Origin: Candidatus Poribacteria bacterium
GTDB lineage: Bacteria; Poribacteria; WGA-4E; JAJDTR01
Length of the DNA stretch: 64,000 nucleotides
Assembly (NCBI GenBank): GCA_965222225.1
Contig: CBDCTK010000002.1
Location: forward strand, 4,416,001 to 4,480,000
Direction: 5' to 3'
Part shown: positions 1 through 9,251 of the stretch, in pieces
Numbering within the stretch: the first letter of the stretch is position 1
Layout: each line of letters begins with the position of its first letter
The notes under the pieces: generated by a model
What the model was told of the DNA's origin: nothing
What the model saw: the letters and a program-made list of their open reading frames with translations, nothing else
Database searches by the model: none
Made by a program: the position numbers and the translations under genes

Positions 1-1
1 G

Positions 2-733
2 GAAAACACAGTACGGGTGAGGAATCTTATCAAGAAGTATGAAATGGGCACGACAGTCGTCGAGGCATTGCGGGGCGCGAATTTTGAAATCGCCCGGGGC
101 GAATACATCTCAATCATGGGACCATCGGGTTCCGGGAAGTCAACCCTTTTCAACATGATTGGCGGATTGGATAAGCCAACAGAGGGGCGGGTTTATATTG
201 ACGAGGTCGACATCGCTCAATTGGATGCCTACGAATTGGCGTGGTTGCGGTGCCGAAAAATCGGGTACATTTTCCAGTCGTTCAACCTCATTCCAGTGAT
301 GACCGCGCTTGAGAATGTATCCCTACCGATGATATTCGCGGGTATGTCGGCTGATGAAAGCCGCGGCAAGGCGGTCGACCTATTGACCCTCGTCGGTCTA
401 GGCGAGCGTGTTCAGCATAAGCCACTAGAGCTGTCGGGAGGTCAACAGCAGCGTGTCGCCATTGCGCGCTCACTCGCGAACGATCCGGCTATCGTGTTGG
501 CAGATGAACCAACAGGAAACTTGGACACCAGAACGGGGTTAGAGATTATTTCGCTGCTCAGGAAACTAAACGAGGACAACGGCGTGACAGTTATTACCGC
601 CACACACGACACCAAGATGCTTGATGTTTCTGACCGGATCTTCCATATGACGGATGGGCGGGTGAGCAAGATTGAATCGCGAGATGAAATCGACCTGCAT
701 GTCGGTAGGCTTGATGGAGAGGAAGTGGGTTAA
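2..733 (+). CDS. ABC transporter ATP-binding protein (LolD/MacB-like), probably 5'-truncated by the window edge
   Basis: Walker A GPSGSGKST, signature LSGGQQQR, Walker B VLADEPTGNLD, H-loop ATHD; the frame is open to the window start (ENTVRVRNLIK). Confidence 0.9.
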   Translation, partial: ENTVRVRNLIKKYEMGTTVVEALRGANFEIARGEYISIMGPSGSGKSTLFNMIGGLDKPTEGRVYIDEVDIAQLDAYELAWLRCRKIGYIFQSFNLIPVMTALENVSLPMIFAGMSADESRGKAVDLLTLVGLGERVQHKPLELSGGQQQRVAIARSLANDPAIVLADEPTGNLDTRTGLEIISLLRKLNEDNGVTVITATHDTKMLDVSDRIFHMTDGRVSKIESRDEIDLHVGRLDGEEVG

Positions 734-839
734 TACAAGTTCGTAGTGCATGAGATAAGCACCGTGCTTTATAATAGTGCAACGATAGATGCGGTCATAT
801 AGGCAGATTGGTCAAAGCAACCGAGTTTGTGTAAAGCCA

Positions 840-866
840 AGGCGGGCCAACCCCGCCCCTACGGGT
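840..866 (-). repeat. REP-like GTAG hairpin (GTAGGGGCGGGGTTGGCCCGCC on the minus strand)
   Basis: GTAG tetranucleotide followed by an imperfect GC-rich palindrome, in intergenic DNA. Confidence 0.55.
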
Positions 867-1040
867 TTTGTTTGCGATTTGTACGTTTTTTTTGACATGT
901 AGGCACACCTCAACCCGGTTCCCGTTGGCAGGGATTAACGAGGGGACTAAGCCCCCCTGGTCGGCATGCACCGGCATCCGTAGGGTTGGGTCTTCAGATC
1001 GGCTTGGTGCCTCAATGTCAACAGATCCAAACTAGTTACA

Positions 1041-1080
1041 AAAAAAGGGAGTGAAGGCTATAGCCTTCACTCCCTTTTTT
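1041..1080. terminator. Bidirectional intrinsic terminator between the convergent ABC gene and groEL
   Basis: Perfect 40-bp palindrome AAAAAAGGGAGTGAAGGCTA/TAGCCTTCACTCCCTTTTTT, 16 bp past the groEL stop, giving a U-tract on either strand. Confidence 0.9.
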
Positions 1081-1096
1081 GGGTTTGCTGAACGGT

Positions 1097-2743
<1,647 letters not shown>

Positions 2744-2750
2744 CTAAGAT

Positions 2751-3041
2751 TTAGGTAATTTTTGCCAAGATATCGTCTTCGCGCAGAATCAGATACTCAA
2801 GGTTGTCGTGAGTGGCTTCGGTGCCACCATACTTTCCGAACAGGATATTATCCCCAGCGGCGACATCCACAGCTTGACGCTCGCCATTGTCAAGCAGGCG
2901 ACCTTTGCCAACGGCGATAACTACGCCTTCCTGCGGCTTTTCTTTGGCGGTGTCGGGGATGATGATTCCGCCCCTAGTTTTCTGCTCATCTTCTTCAATA
3001 CGCTTAACGAGAATTCTATCTCCAAGCGGTACAAGTGCCAT
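2751..3041 (-). CDS. groES: Co-chaperonin GroES
   Basis: [37 protein letters not shown]; 96 aa directly upstream of groEL. Confidence 0.99.
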   Translation of the reverse strand: MALVPLGDRILVKRIEEDEQKTRGGIIIPDTAKEKPQEGVVIAVGKGRLLDNGERQAVDVAAGDNILFGKYGGTEATHDNLEYLILREDDILAKIT

Positions 3042-3150
3042 TATAAGTATTCCTCCTTATAGGCATTTTTATGACACAGTTTCTGAAACTGTAGGATTAG
3101 GTTAAATCACCCTTGCTCCAAGGCAAGGGGTTTTAGTTCACCGATTTATT

Positions 3151-3167
3151 AGCAAGAGCCGTGCCAA
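3151..3167 (-). promoter_or_regulatory. Sigma54 (-24/-12) promoter of groES-groEL
   Basis: Minus strand reads TTGGCACGGCTCTTGCT, an exact match to TGGCACG-N4-TTGC, about 110 bp upstream of the groES ATG. Confidence 0.8.
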
Positions 3168-3195
3168 TACAGGATGATTGATTTTGGTGAAGTGG

Positions 3196-3303
3196 GTGCC
3201 ATTTTGTCACGCCCCATGATGGTGTTAAAATGTCGTCATTGGCGCTTTAGGTCTGATGGGCGACATTATGTCGCCGTTGTTTGCATGAGTGACAAGATGA
3301 ACT
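3196..3303. promoter_or_regulatory. Four palindromic (T/C)GACA-N3-TGTC(A/G)-type boxes, putative enhancer (bEBP) sites
   Basis: GTGCCATTTTGTCAC (3196), GTGTTAAAATGTCGT (3222), GCGACATTATGTCGC (3260, perfect arms), GTGACAAGATGAACT (3289), all upstream of the sigma54 site. Confidence 0.55.
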
Positions 3304-3326
3304 TGGCATCCCATTCGATTTTACTA

Positions 3327-3355
3327 TTGAGTGTATCTCAATAAATTGGTATAAT
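3327..3355 (+). promoter_or_regulatory. Sigma70 promoter of the dsRBD gene
   Basis: TTGAGT-17 bp-TATAAT with an extended -10 TG. Confidence 0.65.
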
Positions 3356-3446
3356 TATAATTGTCTCCTAACAACAGCCTATACTACCAGCTTATGGTCG
3401 GAATGGACTGAATCTTTCATCTTTCCAATCTCATCTTTAGTGTAAA

Positions 3447-4022
3447 ATGTCCGATAATACCACCAATTCAATCGTCGAAAATTATAAGGGCATACTGCAA
3501 GAATACTGTCATGTGAGGAATCTCGGTGATCCGTCGTACGAGGTTACGCAATTCGGAAGCCCGAACGAGCCGCGTTGGGGTGTGGAGGTCAAATACGGTC
3601 AAGCACGGCATAGTACGCCAGAACCGCTGTGCGGCTCCAAACGTCTCGCGGAGCAGATTGCGGCGAAGCAGGTGCTTGAGATTTTAGAATCACGTCAAGA
3701 GGCGTTCTTGGCGGGAAAGCCGCTAGAAAATAACTCGTCGGCTGCGGCAGCATTCAAGTCTGAGGCGCCCTCCATCCCGGTGGAGGAGGCGGATCTGCCT
3801 CCCATTGATGCGCCGGTTGAACTCGTTGCAACGGCGCTAAACGTGGCAAGTCAGCGTTTGGCTGGCAGTTCGCGACGCAGTGGAAAATACCGCGAATCCT
3901 CGGATTCAAAAAGAGATAATGAAATCTACGCTCGAAACTTGGCGGAACTAACGGTGCAAATCGTTCGGGAACTCATCACTGCTGCCGAATCAAATAACGT
4001 TAGATTTATATCCAAATCGTAG
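3447..4022 (+). CDS. Stand-alone double-stranded RNA-binding motif (DSRM) protein with an unknown C-terminal helical region
   Basis: NYKGILQEYC...PSYEV...GSPNEPRW.VEV...GSKRLAEQIAAKQVL matches the dsRBD pattern; no RNase III catalytic signature. Confidence 0.75.
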   Translation: MSDNTTNSIVENYKGILQEYCHVRNLGDPSYEVTQFGSPNEPRWGVEVKYGQARHSTPEPLCGSKRLAEQIAAKQVLEILESRQEAFLAGKPLENNSSAAAAFKSEAPSIPVEEADLPPIDAPVELVATALNVASQRLAGSSRRSGKYRESSDSKRDNEIYARNLAELTVQIVRELITAAESNNVRFISKS

Positions 4023-4167
4023 GGTGGGATCAAAGGAATGAATAATGAACAGGATTTACTATCGCCTTGGGATCTCTATCGCGGTCGTTATTCACTCCCC
4101 TGATCTATCCGCTCAGTTGATCGATAAAGATCCTTGGCCCACCAGCCTTTCGGACTTCGTTGCCTTT

Positions 4168-4189
4168 GTAGGGTGCGCATCGCGCACCA
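4168..4189 (+). repeat. REP-like hairpin GTAGGGTGCGCATCGCGCACCA
   Basis: Related copies at 5129-5150 (+), 12172-12193 (+), 39998-40019 (-), about 47512-47528 (-) and 48724-48745 (-). Confidence 0.75.
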
Positions 4190-4247
4190 GCCTTTTGTCC
4201 TCAATAATCCCTAATGGGCTAATCACCCTGTCCTCGATCCTCTCTTC

Positions 4248-4952
4248 ATGAACAACCCGACCCTCCCATCGGACCGAATCTCCAAGATAAAACATCGCTT
4301 GCGTCAATCTCGTTTTCTCTCAATCTTCATGGGGTGCCCCTACCCGGCGCCGCGCTGGGAGAAAGCCGTAAAGAAGGTCTTGCGCGATCTCGGTCAGGAA
4401 GCGAAAATCCTAGATCTCGGGTCGGGGCTTGATCGACGCACACCCAACACTATCAACCTCGAAATCGAAGCCACGCCGAATGTGGATGTCGTCGGCGACG
4501 GGCATTGCATTCCCTTCAAGGACGCGGTTTTCGACGCCGTCATCTCGGAAGCGGTTCTTGAGCATGTGCAAGATCCGAAACGGGTTGCCTCGGAAATGCA
4601 TCGCGTTCTGAAACCGGGCGGGTACGTTTGCGCCGCGGTGCCGTTCTTGCAAGGCTTCCACGCATCGCCGCACGATTATCAACGCTACACCGTTCCCGGA
4701 TTCAATCATCTTTTTTCGGCGTTTACGCGGATTGAGGGGGGAGCGTGTGCGGGACCGACGACGTCGTTGCACTGGATTTTCCGGGAGTATGTGGGGTTGC
4801 TCTTTTCCTTTGGAAATCTGCTTTTGGCAAAACTGATTTCGCTAGTCGTGGGGTGGATTACGTTTCCGGCGGTGTGGTTGGATTATCTTCTGATGCGAAA
4901 TAGACATGCGCATATTTTGGCGTCGGCGGTGTATTTTATTGGTAAGAAGTGA
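4248..4952 (+). CDS. Class I SAM-dependent methyltransferase (Methyltransf_11-like)
   Basis: ILDLGSG motif I, DVVGDGH, FDAVISEAVLEHV, VLKPGG, H..PHDYQRYT. Confidence 0.9.
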   Translation: MNNPTLPSDRISKIKHRLRQSRFLSIFMGCPYPAPRWEKAVKKVLRDLGQEAKILDLGSGLDRRTPNTINLEIEATPNVDVVGDGHCIPFKDAVFDAVISEAVLEHVQDPKRVASEMHRVLKPGGYVCAAVPFLQGFHASPHDYQRYTVPGFNHLFSAFTRIEGGACAGPTTSLHWIFREYVGLLFSFGNLLLAKLISLVVGWITFPAVWLDYLLMRNRHAHILASAVYFIGKK

Positions 4953-4978
4953 GAGCGGTTAGGGCGATGGAAGAGATT

Positions 4979-5058
4979 GTCTGAATCGCGGATTAAGGGG
5001 ATTACGCGGATTAGGGATCTCTATCGCACTCATTATCCATTCGCTTGATCGGATTAAA
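4979..5058 (+). repeat. About 80-bp element: CGGATTA tandem units plus a GGGATCTCTATCGC module
   Basis: Near-identical direct copy at 9094-9174; degenerate copy from about 11424. Confidence 0.8.
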
Positions 5059-5104
5059 GACTAGTCCTACTTTGTAACGGGAATTTAACCTGTGAAATCC
5101 TTTA

Positions 5105-5307
5105 GAACCTGTTTGAAAAGTACAGTTTGTAGGGTGCGCACTGCGCACCAGCCTCTAAAAGCCCCAGAGGGGATCAGGCGAACGATCAACTGAGTGGATA
5201 ACGAAGGCGATAGAAGATCCCATAGTGAGTGCGATAGAGATCCCACAAGTATATGACAACTCAAATGTCAAAAAGTGGATTTACCACCTAATTATTCAAG
5301 CAAGTTC
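5105..5307. mobile_element. Composite MITE with IS5-like terminal inverted repeats
   Basis: Left end GAACCTGTTTGAAAAGT, degenerate right end, flanked by TTA/TAA; homologous to 47323-47552 (inverted); ends shared with 55326-55454. Confidence 0.7.
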
Positions 5308-5310
5308 TAA

Positions 5311-5341
5311 GTTGGGTTTCACTGGGTTCCACCCAACCTAC
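5311..5341 (-). repeat. REP-like element GTAGGTTGGGTGGAACCCAGTGAAACCCAAC
   Basis: GTAG followed by a GTTGGGT...ACCCAAC hairpin on the minus strand. Confidence 0.6.
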
Positions 5342-5368
5342 GGGCTACAAAAAACCGGAGAATAGAAC

Positions 5369-8089
5369 ATGGACGGACCAAAAAAGGCCATTGAAAAAGC
5401 CCTGCACGAATTCGCCAGCGGTGACCTTTCCGAGAACGCCAAGAAGTTGTTCAAAGAACTCGGCTACGAGAGCGAGAGGACGATGAACCTTGACCCCAAC
5501 ACCGCAGACAGCTTCCTTTCCGCCTTCAATCTCCAAGACAATCAAGGTTTCAACCCCGAACGAGCGCTGATCGCGAAATGGGAATCAATAGATCTTCTGT
5601 TTCAGTTAACGGAGGAGGAAATCGGTAACAATCCCAATCTTGAGATCGACTTCGGAGACGGCGGCATTGACGAGGCGCGCATGGAGTCGTACCTCTTTTT
5701 CGCCATTAAGCTAAGCGGTGACCATTACACGCGGACACAACTCTCCCAAATTACGCGCGAAATCAACAAACCTTTCGACATGCCCGCCATGATTCTCTTC
5801 CAACATGGCGGGGCACTCACCTTCGCAGTGATTGACCGGCGTCTCAACAAACTCGACGAATCTAAAGATGTTCTCCTAAAGACAACCCTCATCAAAGACA
5901 TCAACTTCGCCAATCCCCACCGCGCGCACATTGACATTTTGTCTGACCTCTCAATTGACGAACTATATGCGAAGCACGAGTTCAAAAATTTCCCGGAACT
6001 TCATGAAGCGTGGAGAGGGACACTAGATACCGAGGAACTCAATCGACAGTTTTACCAGAAATTGTTTAAATGGTTTGAGTGGGCAGTATGTGAGGCAAGA
6101 TTCCCGGAGAGTGAGAAACGCACTTTGAAACCGGAGGAACACGTTATTCGGTTAATCACGCGCTTGCTTTTCGTCTGGTTCATCAAGGAGAAAGGACTGG
6201 TTGCGGATGAGTTGTTCAACGACACGCAAGTCGCACGTTTGATGAAAGACTATGACCGTGACAGTGGGGATTCTTACTACCGTGCGGTGCTGCAGAACCT
6301 GTTCTTTGCCACGTTGAACACCGAGATTGAGGAGCGTCGGTTTAGCAGAATGACAAGGGACGACCATCGCAATTTCACACTGTATCGCTACAAAGATCAG
6401 ATAAGCAACCCTGATGCTTTACTGACACTCTTCTCCCAAACGCCATTCATCAACGGCGGGTTGTTCGATTGTCTTGATGACTACAAAGCAATACTAGCGG
6501 GCGGTTCCCGCATTGACTGTTTTTCGGATGAGCATTACTGGAAGTTAAGTGTTCCTAACAGTCTGTTCTTTAACGAGACTCGTGGTCTGTTCCCCCTTCT
6601 GACCCACTACAAGTTCACTGTAGAAGAAAACACGCCGATAGAGGAGGAGGTCGCGTTGGATCCTGAATTGCTCGGAAAGGTGTTTGAGAATCTGCTGGCG
6701 GCATATAATCCGCAAACCGGCACAACCGCGCGCAAACAGACTGGCTCCTACTACACGCCGCGCGTTATCGTGGACTACATGGTGGAGGAAGCGCTGGTAG
6801 CGGCGCTTGCAGAACGGGTGAAACCGACAGATGGAGATGCGGAGTTCTGGAGTGAGCGGTTGCATTATTTGCTGGACTACGCAATGGCATTCGATGATGC
6901 GAGCGAATGGTTCGATGACCGGGAATTAAACGACATTGTCCGGAAAATCTCAGATTTGAAGATTTTGGACCCGGCGGTGGGGTCCGGTGCCTTCCCGATG
7001 GGGATGCTGCACAAACTGACACTTGCACTACGCCGGCTCGACCCGGACAATATCCGGTGGGAGAAATTGCAGAAGGAACGCGCGGGGCAACGAGCGACGG
7101 CGGCTTTCGATACCTCAGACCAACAGGAACGGGATGCGGAATTGACAGAGATCAGCGACACTTTCGAGCGATACCGCGATTCGGATTTTGGTCGGAAGTT
7201 GTACCTGATTCAGAACAGCATCTTCGGTGTGGATATTCAATCCATCGCCTGCCAAATTTCCAAACTGCGTTTCTTTATCTCGCTTACAATTGAGCAGGAA
7301 CCGAATGATTTAGTGGACAACTTTGGTATCAAGCCCTTGCCAAATTTGGAGACGCGCTTTATTGCTGCGAACACGTTAATCGGCCTAAAAACAGAAATCC
7401 AGTTATTTCTGGAAAATGACACCGTTCAAAAAAAGCAATCCGAAATTCAGTTAATACGCGAAAAGTATTTCTTGGCAAGCACTCGAAAGGAAAAGCTCGG
7501 ACAAATTGACAAGGAAGATGAGTGTCGCAGAGAATTAGAACAGGCATTGAATAAACAGCAAGTTGCATGGGTCATGCAGCAGAAAAGACAGATAGAGCAC
7601 AAGGTTGCTCAGCTTCCAACTGAAGAACTTCGGAAGGCACTACGGGAAAAACTAGGACACGAATACAAGCGACTTGAGCGAGAACTGAACATTCGCTTTG
7701 AGGAGGCCCGCAAAATCGCCGGATGGGTGCCCTACGACCAGAATTCCTCTGCCGAGTTCTTTGATGCGGAAGGAATGTTTGGTGTTAAAGACGGTTTTGA
7801 TGTGGTGCTAGGGAATCCACCGTATATTCAGTTGCAGAAGGATGGTGGAAAATTAGGGCGTTTGTATGAACCATGCAAATTTGATAGTTTCACAAAAACA
7901 GGGGATATCTACTGTCTGTTCTATGAGAAAGCAATTCAATTGTCAAATGACGGTGGGCATGTCTTCTTTATTACTTCCAACAAATGGATGCGTGCAGGGT
8001 ACGGCAAAAAGCTACGAGATTATCTCATTAAACACACCCAACCGATTCAGCTGTTGGATATGGGCCGGATGTATTTGACGCCACAGTAG
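5369..8089 (+). CDS. Eco57I-like / Type IIG-like restriction-modification N6-adenine methyltransferase, N-terminal part (frameshifted)
   Basis: RKQTGSYYTP, motif I ILDPAVGSGAF, IFGVDIQ, motif IV VLGNPPY, DIYCLFYE, FITSNKW. Confidence 0.88.
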   Translation: MDGPKKAIEKALHEFASGDLSENAKKLFKELGYESERTMNLDPNTADSFLSAFNLQDNQGFNPERALIAKWESIDLLFQLTEEEIGNNPNLEIDFGDGGIDEARMESYLFFAIKLSGDHYTRTQLSQITREINKPFDMPAMILFQHGGALTFAVIDRRLNKLDESKDVLLKTTLIKDINFANPHRAHIDILSDLSIDELYAKHEFKNFPELHEAWRGTLDTEELNRQFYQKLFKWFEWAVCEARFPESEKRTLKPEEHVIRLITRLLFVWFIKEKGLVADELFNDTQVARLMKDYDRDSGDSYYRAVLQNLFFATLNTEIEERRFSRMTRDDHRNFTLYRYKDQISNPDALLTLFSQTPFINGGLFDCLDDYKAILAGGSRIDCFSDEHYWKLSVPNSLFFNETRGLFPLLTHYKFTVEENTPIEEEVALDPELLGKVFENLLAAYNPQTGTTARKQTGSYYTPRVIVDYMVEEALVAALAERVKPTDGDAEFWSERLHYLLDYAMAFDDASEWFDDRELNDIVRKISDLKILDPAVGSGAFPMGMLHKLTLALRRLDPDNIRWEKLQKERAGQRATAAFDTSDQQERDAELTEISDTFERYRDSDFGRKLYLIQNSIFGVDIQSIACQISKLRFFISLTIEQEPNDLVDNFGIKPLPNLETRFIAANTLIGLKTEIQLFLENDTVQKKQSEIQLIREKYFLASTRKEKLGQIDKEDECRRELEQALNKQQVAWVMQQKRQIEHKVAQLPTEELRKALREKLGHEYKRLERELNIRFEEARKIAGWVPYDQNSSAEFFDAEGMFGVKDGFDVVLGNPPYIQLQKDGGKLGRLYEPCKFDSFTKTGDIYCLFYEKAIQLSNDGGHVFFITSNKWMRAGYGKKLRDYLIKHTQPIQLLDMGRMYLTPQ

Positions 8090-8106
8090 ATGCCAATATC
8101 CTGCTT

Positions 8107-9099
8107 TTGCGAAATTCCGCACTTGATTTGCGCACGGCATTCAGAGCTTGTACCATGAAATCTGATTTCGACAAACAAGTAGGGAACATAGCCCGATACC
8201 TGAAGAACAATGGCGTGACCATGGAACTACCGCCCAACGGCGAACCGTGGACGATACTTTCACCGGCAAAACTTGCCCTGAAACGCAAAATAGAGGGTGT
8301 TGGAAAAGCACTCAAAGACTGGGATATAAACATCCATTATGGGATAAAAACAGGTTGCAATGAAGCATTCATCATAAATGAAGCAAAGCGTGAAGAACTG
8401 ATTGCACAGGACCCAAGGTCAGTCGAAATCATCAAGCCATTTCTGCGCGGCCGAGACATCAAACGCTATCATGTTCAATGGGCAGGCTTGTACATGTTGG
8501 CAACCCAATACAATCTGGATATTCCAAAAAAGTATCCCGCTATCTACAATCACCTCAAAACCGTAGGAGAACAGATAGAATCTGGAAGAATAAAGGCAAA
8601 AGGTAAAGGGTTATTCAATAGGGACGACCAAGGCGAGAACTGGTGGAATCTCAGAGCTTGTGCTTACTACGCCGAATTTGAAGAAGAGAAGGTTGTTTAT
8701 CCCGAAACAACTCTCGCTGCTAACTTTTTCTACGATGAAGAGCGACATTTCATAGAGAAAACCTGTTTTATGATAACTGGTAGCGATTTAAAAATCTTAG
8801 TGGGATTGTTGAGTTCCACGCTATTGACATTTGTATACAGACAATACTACGGTGGTACTGTGCTCGGCAATAAGGGATATCAATACAACAAACATGCCCT
8901 AGAAGAGCTCCCGGTTATTGAGATTTCTGCTACAGAACAGCGTTCTTTTATCTCTTTAGTCGATCAGATTCTCGACGCCAAACGTGCCGATTCGGACGCC
9001 GATGTATCCGAACTTGAAAGTGACATTGACCAGGTGGTATACTCGTTGTACAATCTGACTGCTGAAGAAATTGCTATTGTGGAGGAAAACACGGTCTGA
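8107..9099 (+). CDS. C-terminal target-recognition part (TaqI_C-like) of the same enzyme, in the -1 frame from about 8065
   Basis: The frame upstream of 8107 reads PDVFDATVDANILLL and continues the first ORF; GIKTGCNEAF, KPFLRGRDIKRY, WWNLRACAYY, IDQVVYSLYNLT. Confidence 0.85.
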   Translation: MRNSALDLRTAFRACTMKSDFDKQVGNIARYLKNNGVTMELPPNGEPWTILSPAKLALKRKIEGVGKALKDWDINIHYGIKTGCNEAFIINEAKREELIAQDPRSVEIIKPFLRGRDIKRYHVQWAGLYMLATQYNLDIPKKYPAIYNHLKTVGEQIESGRIKAKGKGLFNRDDQGENWWNLRACAYYAEFEEEKVVYPETTLAANFFYDEERHFIEKTCFMITGSDLKILVGLLSSTLLTFVYRQYYGGTVLGNKGYQYNKHALEELPVIEISATEQRSFISLVDQILDAKRADSDADVSELESDIDQVVYSLYNLTAEEIAIVEENTV

Positions 9100-9215
9100 A
9101 TCACGGATTACACGGATTACGCGGATTAGGGGATCTCTATCGCACTCATTATCCATTCGCTTGACCGGATTAAACGCAAGGCACTCCGCAACCTGGATTC
9201 GATCCGTGAATCAGA
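9094..9215 (+). repeat. CGGATTA-repeat element with inverted ends; supplies the MTase stop codon
   Basis: TCTGAATCACGGAT...ATCCGTGAATCAGA ends; internal GGATCTCTATCGC module; direct repeat of 4979-5058. Confidence 0.75.
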
Positions 9216-9251
9216 AGATGCCCGATAATTTTCCATTGTGAAGAAAAGAGA

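Noticed and set aside
3041-3330. CIRCE/HrcA operator upstream of groES
   Set aside because: No TTAGCACTC-N9-GAGTGCTAA found
4030-5340. Clustered short repeats as a CRISPR array or integron attC sites
   Set aside because: Spacing is irregular, repeat types are mixed, there is no cas or intI gene, and attC R/L boxes are not evident
8060-8068. Programmed frameshift or phase variation in the MTase
   Set aside because: Only GGG/CC runs; no slippery heptamer or long simple repeat
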